A stretch of DNA of 64,000 bases from Clostridia bacterium (GTDB lineage: Bacteria; Bacillota; Clostridia; Oscillospirales; CAG-272): the NCBI GenBank assembly GCA_017621695.1, contig JAGASP010000070.1, forward strand, positions 126 to 64,125, given 5' to 3'. A program made the position numbers and the translations under genes. This document shows, piece after piece, positions 1 to 9,214 of the stretch (position 1 is its first letter; the number at the start of each line of letters is the position of its first letter). The notes beneath the pieces are model-generated. The model worked only from the letters and a program-made list of their open reading frames with translations. It was not told the origin of the DNA and did not search any database.

Positions 1-47
1 CGCCGTCCCAAGATCGACAAAACCCTTTTGGATCAACGATCTTTTTG

Positions 48-76
48 ACGGGAGGCCACATAGGGCCTCCCCTACG
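48..76. repeat. GC-rich REP-like hairpin element, family B (GGGAGGCC-loop-GGCCTCCC with CTACGG tail)
   Basis: Perfect 8-bp inverted repeat gggaggcc/ggcctccc. The same core recurs near 26558-26580, 45088-45107 and 47648-47670. Confidence 0.7.
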
Positions 77-125
77 GCTAAGTTGGTCATAAGCCCATAA
101 ACAACAATTTACCTTCTCTTCCAAC

Positions 126-464
126 TTAATCCATTTCTTCCGACAACTGCTTGCCGCCCAGCAGGTGGAAATGCAGGTGCTTGACAGACTGACAGCCGTG
201 CTCGCCGCAGTTGGTGATCACGCGGTAGCCGTTCGCGAGCCCTTCTGCCTTAGCGATTTCGGGGATGACCTCAAAAATGCGGGCAACGTAGGCGCTGTTG
301 TCGGCGCTCACCTCGTCGGCAGAGGCCAGATGACACTTGGGAACGATGAGCACGTGGACGGGTGCCATGGGGTTGATGTCACGGAAGGCGTACACCTTGT
401 CGTCCTCATACACCTTGGCGGAGGGGATATCCCCTGCGATGATTTTACAGAATAAGCAATCCAT
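126..464 (-). CDS. HIT (histidine triad) family hydrolase
   Basis: 112-aa ORF with histidine-triad motif HLHFHLLGG near the C-terminus and an N-terminal CLFCKIIAG segment typical of Hint-like proteins. Confidence 0.9.
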   Translation of the reverse strand: MDCLFCKIIAGDIPSAKVYEDDKVYAFRDINPMAPVHVLIVPKCHLASADEVSADNSAYVARIFEVIPEIAKAEGLANGYRVITNCGEHGCQSVKHLHFHLLGGKQLSEEMD

Positions 465-555
465 ATTTCAGTTTCCTTTCGGATGTTTTTTTCTTTGGTC
501 ACCTCTATTTTACACCTGTTTGACACAATTGTCAAGATACAAGGAGGTTTTTCTT

Positions 556-1734
556 ATGTCCTTCTTCCCGACACCTGAGTTACCCGACCTGTGGCACTAT
601 CTCAAGGCCGCATCCGACAGCGACCGTCCCATCCTGCTCTACGGCATGGGCAACGGCGCGGACAAGATCCTTGCCGTCTGCGAAAAATTCGGCATCTCCG
701 TCCGTGATTGCTTCGCCAGCGACGGATTTGTGCGGGGGCACAGCTTTCACGGACGGCGCGTGCTGTCCTTCTCCGAAGCAAGAGAGAATTATGGCGACGG
801 CATGATCGTTCTTTTGTCCTTTGCCTCCTCCCGCCCCGACGTGCTGGAGCTGATCGCGCGTGTGGCATCCGTCTGTGAGCTGTATGCCCCCGACGTGCCC
901 GTGTGCGGCGACACCCTGTTTGACAGCGCATTTTACGAAGCACACAAAGCGGATTTTGCGGCCGCCCGCGCACTTCTCTCGGACGATGCATCCCGAAAAG
1001 TCTTTGACGGCATCATCGACTATAAGCTGTCGGGACGCATGGACATCCTCCGCGCCACCGAGTCAAGCGCCGAGGACGCGTACCGCCACATTCTCCACGC
1101 CGAAGACTTCCGTACCGCCGCGGATCTGGGCGCGTACAACGGAGACAGCCTCCGCGAGCTGATGACCTATGCGCCTTTGCTCTCCCAAGCGATTGCCATG
1201 GAGCCCGACCGAAGGAATTTCAAAAAGCTCAGCGAATGGGCGGCAGGGCTTGACGGGCAAGGGAGCAATTTAACGGTTCACGCGGTGCAGGCGGGTGCAT
1301 ACGATGCGTCGGGTACCCTGCATTTTCATGCCAGCGGCAACCGCAACGCCACCCTTTGTGACACGCCTGCCTTTACCCCCGACGGTACACCGCATATGTT
1401 CGCCACATCCGAGCAGTATTTCGGGAAAACAGTGTCGGTCACCGTCCGACCGTTGGATGAAATTCGCCGTGAAGCGCTGGGGGAGGACACGCCGCTCGAC
1501 TATATCAAATACGACGTAGAGGGCTCAGAGGCCGCCGCCTTGCGCGGCTCGTCCGAGGTCATTCGTCAATGTACCCCTGCGCTTCTGGTCTCGCTTTACC
1601 ACAGAAGCGAGGATCTGTTTGAATTGCCTCTGCTCATTCATAAGCTCTGTCCCGATTACCGCTTTTATCTGCGGCGTATGGCGGGAATTCCCGCTTGGGA
1701 CATCAATCTGTACTGCGTCAATAAAGATTTCTGA
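556..1734 (+). CDS. FkbM-family SAM-dependent methyltransferase
   Basis: ATG at 556 preceded by AAGGAGG (541-547). The longer 337 start overlaps the HIT gene and was rejected. LDYIKYDVEGSE motif is typical of the FkbM family. Confidence 0.65.
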   Translation: MSFFPTPELPDLWHYLKAASDSDRPILLYGMGNGADKILAVCEKFGISVRDCFASDGFVRGHSFHGRRVLSFSEARENYGDGMIVLLSFASSRPDVLELIARVASVCELYAPDVPVCGDTLFDSAFYEAHKADFAAARALLSDDASRKVFDGIIDYKLSGRMDILRATESSAEDAYRHILHAEDFRTAADLGAYNGDSLRELMTYAPLLSQAIAMEPDRRNFKKLSEWAAGLDGQGSNLTVHAVQAGAYDASGTLHFHASGNRNATLCDTPAFTPDGTPHMFATSEQYFGKTVSVTVRPLDEIRREALGEDTPLDYIKYDVEGSEAAALRGSSEVIRQCTPALLVSLYHRSEDLFELPLLIHKLCPDYRFYLRRMAGIPAWDINLYCVNKDF

Positions 1735-1831
1735 AAATATTTTTCATTTTTTGAAAGATTTCCCCTCTCCAAGCTGTCTACATAGGTGAGAGCATACCGT
1801 ACACCCAAGCGAAAACGGAAAGGAGGACACC

Positions 1832-2374
1832 ATGGATCAAAGCGACCGCGACAAAGCCATCATCGACCTGTTTTTTACCCGTGACGAGGAGGCCATCCAA
1901 GCCGCCGCGCAAAGTCACGGCAGCAAATGCTTTGCGGTGGCCATGCGCATCCTCTGCAATTCCGCCGACGCAGAGGAATGTGTCAATGACACATGGCTGA
2001 AAGCATGGCAAAGCATCCCTCCCAACCGTCCTCGCTCGCTCTCCGCCTATCTATGCCGCATCACGCGGAATCTGGCCATCAACGCCTATCACGCAAGGCA
2101 GAACCGTTCCTTTGACGTAGCGCTGGACGAGCTTGCGGAGTGTCTCGCGGCGGATGAAAGCCACGCTGACGAGCTGCCCGGGCTGTTGAATGAATTCCTT
2201 GCCGCCCTTCCCTCGCTTGACCGCCGTCTTTTCATGGGACGGTACTGGCACGCATATCCGGTGCGGCGGCTGGCCGAGGCCTACGGTATGACCCCCAACG
2301 CTGTCTCTCTCCGTCTCATGCGTACACGGGAGCGACTGCGCACCTATCTTGAAGAAAGGGGTATCACGCCATGA
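1832..2374 (+). CDS. ECF-type RNA polymerase sigma factor (copy 1)
   Basis: 180 aa with a region 2-like DAEECVNDTWLKAW and a region 4 helix-turn-helix LAEAYGMTPNAVSLRLMRTRERLR. GGAGG RBS upstream. Confidence 0.85.
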   Translation: MDQSDRDKAIIDLFFTRDEEAIQAAAQSHGSKCFAVAMRILCNSADAEECVNDTWLKAWQSIPPNRPRSLSAYLCRITRNLAINAYHARQNRSFDVALDELAECLAADESHADELPGLLNEFLAALPSLDRRLFMGRYWHAYPVRRLAEAYGMTPNAVSLRLMRTRERLRTYLEERGITP

Positions 2375-4125
2375 AGCTAAACAAACAGCAATTATTTGCC
2401 CGTTTGGGAGACGTGGACGATGCGTACATCGACGAATCCGCCCTCCCCGAAGAACCCATCGCAATCCCGCCCAAGCGCCGCCACGCCATCGCCTCGTTTT
2501 TTGAAAAGCCCGCCGTGGTGGCGGCCATCTGCGCGATCGTGGCATTCGGCACGGTGGCAGGAATCATTGCGGCAGGATTCCATGCCAATCAAATGCCGCC
2601 TGCGACCGCCGACTCCGATGCGGAAACGATCAGCCCCGAGGAGATGTTGGCATATTTAGAATTCAAATCCAACAGAGATGGGACTTGTTCGGCGGGGGTA
2701 AAAAGCGCCCCCGAAAACGGCAAGCTCGTTGTGCCGGCCACGTCTCCGGAGGGAGATATCGTGACAGATTTTTTCGGCTCGGGATGGATGTATATGACCG
2801 TATCCTCGTGGGATGGGATCGTGCCGATCCCCATGGAGGGACTCACCTCTCTCCATTTGCCCCATACGGTGACGACCATCCATCTCGAGGGCTTATGGGG
2901 GGCACCGCTCAAAGAGCTGACGGTAGATGCGGATAACCCCGTATATTACGCTGAAAACAACTGCCTGATATTAAGGGAGAGCCGGTCTCTCATCTATGCT
3001 TGCCACAACGCATATATTTTCCCCGAAGGTGTGGTGCATATTGCTGAAAACGCTTTTCGCGGGGATAAGGCTGACCCGGATACGCCTGTTCCTATGTATC
3101 TGCCTGCATCTTTGACGCGGATCGATCACGTTGGACATAAGGATTCCGTTTGTCCTCTGTCGGAGATTTCGGTTCATCCCGACAATCCCGTGTATTATGC
3201 CGAGGGAGGGTGTCTCGTTGAGCGAAGTACACAAACAGCGGTGCTTGGCGCAGTCAACTGTAGCATCCCCGAAGGCGTCGTGGCCGCAAAATCGGGGATC
3301 TTCACCTTTTCGTGGACGGTTCACAATCTGCATATTCCTTCTACACTTACCGATTTTGATGTCTTTTTCGGTTACAAATCCAAGCTGACGACCATCACCT
3401 CTACGCTTGAAGGCCCGCCCTCCGGGTTCGTCACCGTGCCGTTTTTTTCTGAAGCACCGCCTGTGTACTATGCCAAGGATAACTGCCTCTATCGCTGCGA
3501 TCCTGTGATGTCGCCAGGTCTGTCTCTGTCATTGAGCTTGAACGGTTCAAACGCATGGGTCTACCGCGATCAAGCGTTGGTTCTCACCCGAAACCCTCCG
3601 GATCGCATTGAAGGCGTATCCTCCGTGGAAGTTTGGGGAGTAAACCTTCTCGACTACGACGGCGAAACCCCCAAAACATTGACCATCGATGCGCTTAAAA
3701 ATGATCTGACCGTTCATCTTGCTGCCTTCGACGGATTTGGCAACACACATCTGGTCCTTCGAAGCGAGAAATCGGTGATTCTGAATGACTCATTCATTTT
3801 CGATGGTACGGAGCTGGTGATCGATGCCGATCGCCTGGTCATCAGTCGAGGCGGTGATCTTAGCGTTTACTACTGTACCTCCATCACGTTGCCGGCGGAC
3901 ATTTTGGTTCGAAAAGACGGCTTGATCGGCGAGGCGCAGGCGCATGAAATCACGGTATCATGTCACGGTCCGCTCTCGGAAATCCACTATGGCGGCACCG
4001 CCGAACAATGGGCGCACCACAGCCAATTTTTCGATTTCACCTCTTGTGAGAAAACCGTCACCGTTTACTGCGCCGACGGTACCGAGATCGTGGCGTGGGA
4101 GCCACAAACAACTGAAAGCAAATAA
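2371..4125 (+). CDS. Single-pass membrane protein with BspA-type leucine-rich-repeat ectodomain; putative anti-sigma/sensor partner
   Basis: ATGA start/stop overlap with the sigma gene. About 45 cytoplasmic residues, then a TM helix VVAAICAIVAFGTVAGIIAAGF. Repeated NPVYYAE-NCL and IPEGV motifs. The anti-sigma role is inferred from gene position only. Confidence 0.7.
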   Translation: MKLNKQQLFARLGDVDDAYIDESALPEEPIAIPPKRRHAIASFFEKPAVVAAICAIVAFGTVAGIIAAGFHANQMPPATADSDAETISPEEMLAYLEFKSNRDGTCSAGVKSAPENGKLVVPATSPEGDIVTDFFGSGWMYMTVSSWDGIVPIPMEGLTSLHLPHTVTTIHLEGLWGAPLKELTVDADNPVYYAENNCLILRESRSLIYACHNAYIFPEGVVHIAENAFRGDKADPDTPVPMYLPASLTRIDHVGHKDSVCPLSEISVHPDNPVYYAEGGCLVERSTQTAVLGAVNCSIPEGVVAAKSGIFTFSWTVHNLHIPSTLTDFDVFFGYKSKLTTITSTLEGPPSGFVTVPFFSEAPPVYYAKDNCLYRCDPVMSPGLSLSLSLNGSNAWVYRDQALVLTRNPPDRIEGVSSVEVWGVNLLDYDGETPKTLTIDALKNDLTVHLAAFDGFGNTHLVLRSEKSVILNDSFIFDGTELVIDADRLVISRGGDLSVYYCTSITLPADILVRKDGLIGEAQAHEITVSCHGPLSEIHYGGTAEQWAHHSQFFDFTSCEKTVTVYCADGTEIVAWEPQTTESK

Positions 4126-4130
4126 AACCC

Positions 4131-4165
4131 GGGCAGGCTCACGTCGTTGAGTCTGCCCGTTTTTC
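4131..4165 (+). terminator. Rho-independent terminator
   Basis: Stem gggcaggctca / tgagtctgccc (one G-T wobble) followed by TTTTT. Confidence 0.7.
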
Positions 4166-4171
4166 TGCCTG

Positions 4172-4200
4172 TTGACGCTGCAAGGCTTTCGTGATATAAT
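4172..4200 (+). promoter_or_regulatory. Sigma-A-type promoter candidate
   Basis: TTGACG, 17-nt spacer, TATAAT, with TG at -15/-14 (gtgatataat). Lies about 90 nt upstream of the sigma copy 2 start. Confidence 0.55.
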
Positions 4201-4289
4201 AAAAAAATCAAAACTCATGAAAGATTGTACCCCTCCGATGCGTCATGATAGATGAAGGTACCTTTGACATCAAAAGAAAGGAGACGACC

Positions 4290-4841
4290 ATGAGACATCC
4301 CGATGACAGCGACATTATTGAACTGTATTTTGCTCGGGACGAGCAGGCCATCAAGGTGACCGAAGCCAAGTACGGGCAGACCTGTATGCACACCGCCATG
4401 CGGATTCTCGGCAATCACGCCGACGCCGAAGAATGTGTGAACGACACATGGCTGAGAACGTGGCAAAGCATCCCGCCCCACAGACCGAAAAAATTAGTGG
4501 CGTTTCTCTGCCGCATCACGAGAAACTTAGCCATCAGCCGTTGGCGCGTTATGCATCAGGAAATGCGGGACAGGCGCATGACGGTAGCGCTTCAAGAGCT
4601 TTCCGAGGTCTTGCCCGCCGAAGACGAGCCCGACCCTATGCTCAGCGAGCTTTTGAATCGATACATCCAAGCCCTCGGAGAGCTGGACAGGCGGCTGTTT
4701 TTGGGGCGGTATTTTCACCTCTATCCCGTGTCAGCCTTAGCCAAGGCTTACGGCATGACGCAAAATGCCGTCTCCTTGCGCCTCATGCGCATCCGCGAAA
4801 AGCTGCGGGACTACCTGATAAAGGAGGGTTATGATCCATGA
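4290..4841 (+). CDS. ECF-type RNA polymerase sigma factor (copy 2, paralog of 1832-2374)
   Basis: ATG at 4290 preceded by AAAGGAG. Shares EECVNDTWL-WQSIPP-RP and CRITRNLAI blocks with copy 1. Confidence 0.85.
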   Translation: MRHPDDSDIIELYFARDEQAIKVTEAKYGQTCMHTAMRILGNHADAEECVNDTWLRTWQSIPPHRPKKLVAFLCRITRNLAISRWRVMHQEMRDRRMTVALQELSEVLPAEDEPDPMLSELLNRYIQALGELDRRLFLGRYFHLYPVSALAKAYGMTQNAVSLRLMRIREKLRDYLIKEGYDP

Positions 4842-6505
4842 AAGACCTGCAAGGCTATACTCTTTTGAAAGCCATCGGTGCTGCCACGGATGAAGCGGTA
4901 GCCGATGCCATACTCCCTGATGATGCCATCATCACAGCCCCTCGCCCCAAGCGCCGCCGCGCCGTCGCCGCGTTTTTTGAAAAGCCCACCGTGGTTGCGG
5001 CTGTTTGTGCCATCGTCGCCCTTGGGACGGTGGTGGGGATTTTCATGGCGGGGCAAGCCGTCGGAGATCCTGTCCCTCCCCTGGGTGGGTCGATCGGCAA
5101 CAGCACCGCCCCGTCGGCAACCGATGAGATTGCAACCACGCCCCAAGAGCCCGAGACCGACCTTCTCCCCGAGGAGATCCTCCGCCACAACGACCTCTAC
5201 TATGTCAGCCACGGTGACGGCACCTGCTCGCTCGTGGGCATCGCCGCCCTGCCCGAGGATATGGTGCTGACCATTCCCGAGACCGCCGTGAACGAGGATC
5301 GTGTGGTTTCTCTGCGCGACATGACCATGACATCCTCGTTGGCCGTGCCCAACGGCGTGCATCTGTTCCAGGTCAAAGGCATCCATATCCCCGCGACCGT
5401 GACCGATATTCACATCGACACGCTTCACGAGATGACTGCGCTGGAAAGCTTGACTGTAGATGAAGAAAATCCCGTGTATCGGTCAGAGGAAAATTGTCTG
5501 ATCGAGAAAGAACGTGAGCGGTTGGTATATGCCCATCCTCATTTTGAAGTTGATTTCGACCGCATCATGCAATCAAGCTCATACATTCCTTTCCCCGAGT
5601 TCGTCATTCCGAATTCGGTCAAGGTGATAGCCACCAATGCCCTGCATCATGAATTTTTTAAAATCAGCGATGAAGCGCTCGAAGAAGACGGAATAGATAT
5701 TTCAAACAGGATACCTTATGGTTACCCCGTAATTATCCACATCCCCACTTCGGTGGAGCAGATCGAAGAACGATTCTTTGTGAATGACGGTTATATGGCC
5801 ATTGTTCTTTCCGTAGCCGAAGACAATCCCGCTTATTACGCCGAAGGCAACTGCCTCATCCGCAAAGACAGCAACACCGTGATACTGGGCAGCAAGAACG
5901 CAAAGATCCCCGACGGTGTCACCGCCATCGCGCCCTATGCCTTTTCCGGTGCAGGCCTGACAAGCATCCACATTCCCGCCTCGGTGGAAAGCATCGGAGA
6001 GCTGGCCTTCTGGAACAATCCCGACCTCACAACCATCACGGGAGATGTTTCCGCCATGCCCAAAATAGAGATCAATCCCGATGCTGACGGCACGTATTCC
6101 TGCTATTACGTGCTTGAAGGCTGCCTGATACAGGGAGAGATCCAAGTAAAAGACGGCGCCGTGACAACAACGCACACCCTGATCCTCGGCTGTGCCAACA
6201 GCGCCATTCCCTCGCATATCACGGATATCGGAGATTATGCCTTCGCGTGGAATCGGGGGCTCACCGAGATCGACCTCCCCGCCGATCTCCAAAGCATCGG
6301 CTTTAAGGCCTTTACCCTTTGTCCCAACCTCATGACCATCCGATACAACAACACCTACGAGCGGTGGTGTCAGGTCGCCGTGGACGATACCTGGATCTGC
6401 GACAACGGACAACTGGCAAAGCTGTATTTCACAGACCAAGAGATTCCCATGACCGTGATCGGCGTCACCCCCGACTACTCGGGCAAGGGTAAGGCCGAAA
6501 ACTAA
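4838..6505 (+). CDS. Single-pass membrane protein with leucine-rich-repeat ectodomain (paralog of 2371-4125); putative anti-sigma/sensor partner
   Basis: ATGA overlap with the sigma gene. The juxtamembrane block PKRRRAVAAFFEKPTVVAAVCAIVALGTV is nearly identical to the paralog. NPVY/NPAYYAEGNCLI repeats present. Confidence 0.7.
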   Translation: MKDLQGYTLLKAIGAATDEAVADAILPDDAIITAPRPKRRRAVAAFFEKPTVVAAVCAIVALGTVVGIFMAGQAVGDPVPPLGGSIGNSTAPSATDEIATTPQEPETDLLPEEILRHNDLYYVSHGDGTCSLVGIAALPEDMVLTIPETAVNEDRVVSLRDMTMTSSLAVPNGVHLFQVKGIHIPATVTDIHIDTLHEMTALESLTVDEENPVYRSEENCLIEKERERLVYAHPHFEVDFDRIMQSSSYIPFPEFVIPNSVKVIATNALHHEFFKISDEALEEDGIDISNRIPYGYPVIIHIPTSVEQIEERFFVNDGYMAIVLSVAEDNPAYYAEGNCLIRKDSNTVILGSKNAKIPDGVTAIAPYAFSGAGLTSIHIPASVESIGELAFWNNPDLTTITGDVSAMPKIEINPDADGTYSCYYVLEGCLIQGEIQVKDGAVTTTHTLILGCANSAIPSHITDIGDYAFAWNRGLTEIDLPADLQSIGFKAFTLCPNLMTIRYNNTYERWCQVAVDDTWICDNGQLAKLYFTDQEIPMTVIGVTPDYSGKGKAEN

Positions 6506-6510
6506 AACAA

Positions 6511-6548
6511 CCCCCGACGGAAGATAAAATTCCGTCGGGGGTTTCTTC
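6511..6548 (+). terminator. Rho-independent terminator
   Basis: 11-bp stem cccccgacgga / tccgtcggggg followed by tttcttc. Confidence 0.75.
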
Positions 6549-6634
6549 ATCCGCATACTGGACATGACGCAATCCCGGAACAATTTTTTCGGTCGGTCTT
6601 TGTCCTGCCGATAAAAGTTTTGGAAAGGGGTGTG

Positions 6635-6663
6635 GGGGAAACTTTTTTCAAAAAGTTTTCCCC
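6635..6663. repeat. Palindromic element, family A core (GGGGAAACTTTTT-TC-AAAAAGTTTTCCCC)
   Basis: Near-perfect 13-bp palindrome lying between two convergent genes. Confidence 0.7.
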
Positions 6664-6675
6664 ACATTTTCGTCC

Positions 6676-8340
6676 TTACTTTCCTTCTGCCAACGCCAAA
6701 GCGATCAGCTCGTCAATTCTGGCTCTCACGGCCAGCATCATCTCGCCGGATTTGGCGCAACGGTCAAAGCGGATCTCACCGAACACAGCCTCCATTTCGG
6801 CCACCACGCGCTCCTTGCCGTAGAAGGACTCGCAGAGCTTCATGGCGCGCATATCCTCCAAGGCCTCGTGGAACACGATGATACGGGTGGACTCATAGGC
6901 GGTGCCGTCCTCGGCGGGATAGACCGAGAAGGGATCGCCCGCAGGTACCCAGTATTCGCCGCTGACGTCGGCGTAGGGATTGACGGTGTTCACCGAGTGC
7001 ATATTGTTATAGAAATTGTAGCCCCACTGCAAAAATCCTGCGATGTCGTACTTATAAAGCTGCATACCGATGGAGCGGTTTCTCCATGCGGGCATGGCAA
7101 TCAGGCGGTTGGACACGTCGATGCACTGGCCGCAGCAATAGTACGTCCAAAGCCCGGGCACGTTGTTTTCAATGAAGGGCTTAATGCTGTTATTGGAGGG
7201 AATGGGAGTGCTGACCACACCTTCCTTATAGAATTCGTACTCGGACAGGGCATCCATGATGGTGTAGCCTGCGAGGAGGTCAGCCACCACGGCCTTGGAG
7301 GCCTTGTACTGCGCCATCTGCTCCCCGTTGGGTTCGTCGGAGATGTGGAAGTAGCAACGCTGATCGTCGCCGCGCTGTTTCATGTGGTCGAGGAACTGGG
7401 GCAGGAAGGTGCGGAGGAACTTGGTGTATTCCTCGCCCGCGGCCTCGGTGTCCCAACCGAAGATGCGCTTGTATTCGCCGTCAACCGTAGCCATGACCTT
7501 GGGAGCGTGCGCCGCGCCCCATTGGGTGAACAGGTGAGAGATCTCAAAATACTTGATGCCCACGCGGTCGCACATATCGACCCAGCGATCCAGCTTGTCA
7601 AAGCCGAAGGTATATTCGCCGTTTGTTAGCGTCACGTCGATCAGCTGGTTGGTCGTGCGCTCACCGCCGATGCGGGTATCCAGCGGAGGGGTAAAGATGG
7701 GGGTCAGGAGCAGATTGATGCCGTTCTCCTTGGCGGTACGCGCAAAATTCTCCACGATCTCCCAATGGCGCTCCGACCAAGCCTCGCAATGGTAGTAATT
7801 GGCCAGGCAGTCACAGTGGAACCATTGGGTGAGGAGCATTTCCTGCTCGGGAAGCTCGGCGTTCAAAATCTCTACGGTGATCTTTTCGGAAGCGATGGCC
7901 GCACCCGTGTGATCCACAAAAGAAATCTCGGTCTCATATGTACCCGCGGGCAGGTTGCCCTCGGGCATAAATTCCACCCAAACGGCACGGAGCTGATCCT
8001 TCATGACAGAGATACCTGCGCCGTAGTGGAGGGGCTGGAGCCAATCGGGATACAGCCCGGGGGTTACGCGGAGATAGTTATCGTCATAGACGCTGACGGG
8101 CATGGCCACGGGCACTACCTCTACGGTGCGCATACGGGCACACTCGGCCAAAGCGCCGCTCAGCTTGATCTGGGGCATGATGCGCAGAGGCGCGTCGTCA
8201 CCCTCGATGGTATGCACCAATTGAACCGACAGGCGCTGATTTTTCATCATGCGGATGAAGGAAAGCGACTTGAAATCCTCCATACGGCTGTCGAGAAATA
8301 CCTTTTCAAGAGAAGAAATGATTTTTGTACGGATCTGCAT
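6676..8340 (-). CDS. DUF4091-like glycoside-hydrolase-like protein
   Basis: 554-aa ORF with an AAAGGAG RBS. The family name comes from remembered resemblance of the N-terminus (MQIRTKIISSLEKVFLD) and the Trp-rich core, not from a search. Confidence 0.5.
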   Translation of the reverse strand: MQIRTKIISSLEKVFLDSRMEDFKSLSFIRMMKNQRLSVQLVHTIEGDDAPLRIMPQIKLSGALAECARMRTVEVVPVAMPVSVYDDNYLRVTPGLYPDWLQPLHYGAGISVMKDQLRAVWVEFMPEGNLPAGTYETEISFVDHTGAAIASEKITVEILNAELPEQEMLLTQWFHCDCLANYYHCEAWSERHWEIVENFARTAKENGINLLLTPIFTPPLDTRIGGERTTNQLIDVTLTNGEYTFGFDKLDRWVDMCDRVGIKYFEISHLFTQWGAAHAPKVMATVDGEYKRIFGWDTEAAGEEYTKFLRTFLPQFLDHMKQRGDDQRCYFHISDEPNGEQMAQYKASKAVVADLLAGYTIMDALSEYEFYKEGVVSTPIPSNNSIKPFIENNVPGLWTYYCCGQCIDVSNRLIAMPAWRNRSIGMQLYKYDIAGFLQWGYNFYNNMHSVNTVNPYADVSGEYWVPAGDPFSVYPAEDGTAYESTRIIVFHEALEDMRAMKLCESFYGKERVVAEMEAVFGEIRFDRCAKSGEMMLAVRARIDELIALALAEGK

Positions 8341-8380
8341 AGGATCTGGCTCCTTTCTTTATATGCGTGTATTTTGATGG

Positions 8381-9064
8381 TCAAATACCCATATCTTTCA
8401 AAATGGCGACAAGCTCTTCCTGCGTCCGCGCCACAGGCTGATCCCCGAGCGCGCGGAGGAATTTATACGGACGGTAGCCCCAGGACACGCTGACACAGCG
8501 CATCCCGGCGTTTTGCGCGGTATAGAAATCAATGTCGCTATCCCCGATGTAGACGCATTGATCGGGGGTCAGAGTCTCCCCCAGCTTTTGGGACGCGATC
8601 TCCATGATGGCATAGGCCATGCCGGGATCGGGCTTGGCGGGACGGTCATCCCGAAATCCCTCGGCGGCGATGAACAGGCCTTCGGGGAAAAGCTGCTTGC
8701 CCAGCACTTTAACAAACTTGTCCTGCTTGTTGGAGTTCATGGCCAAAAGGCATCTGTCCTTGAGGCTGTCGAGCAGGTCGGTGATTCCCTCGAAAGCTGC
8801 CGTCATGGTATAGGTATCGGCGTAATGCTTGTTGTACTCTCCCATGAGGCGGGTGACGGTATCGTAATCGCCGCGCACCTCGGCGGGAACAGCCTCCTCA
8901 ATGTACTGCCGCACGCCATAGTTGACAAAACCCAGCACGCTTTCTCGGGTATGGAGTGGATATCCCTCTGCGGCCATCACGCGGTTCAGGCCCTCTGTGA
9001 TGCCATCAATGGTGTCGGCAAGGGTGCCGTCAAGGTCGAAAATTAGAAGTTTGATGGGTTTCAT
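8381..9064 (-). CDS. HAD-superfamily hydrolase (phosphoglycolate phosphatase-like)
   Basis: Motif I FDLDGTLADT and motif IV GDSDID. The ATG at 9064 has a GGAAGGTG RBS. Confidence 0.85.
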   Translation of the reverse strand: MKPIKLLIFDLDGTLADTIDGITEGLNRVMAAEGYPLHTRESVLGFVNYGVRQYIEEAVPAEVRGDYDTVTRLMGEYNKHYADTYTMTAAFEGITDLLDSLKDRCLLAMNSNKQDKFVKVLGKQLFPEGLFIAAEGFRDDRPAKPDPGMAYAIMEIASQKLGETLTPDQCVYIGDSDIDFYTAQNAGMRCVSVSWGYRPYKFLRALGDQPVARTQEELVAILKDMGI

Positions 9065-9167
9065 AGTAAACACCTTCCGCAATATGGTCTGATGTCAGTA
9101 TAACATATTTTGAAAAAATCGTCAATGACTTGTCCGGAAAATTCGAAATATTTCTTCTCAGTGTCTC

Positions 9168-9205
9168 TCAAACAAGAGAAGTCCTTACCGCAGCAAGGAC
9201 TTCTC
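9168..9205 (-). terminator. Rho-independent terminator
   Basis: 11-bp stem gagaagtcctt / aaggacttctc. On the minus strand it is followed by a T-rich tract (ttgtttg). Confidence 0.6.
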
Positions 9206-9214
9206 CATATAATA

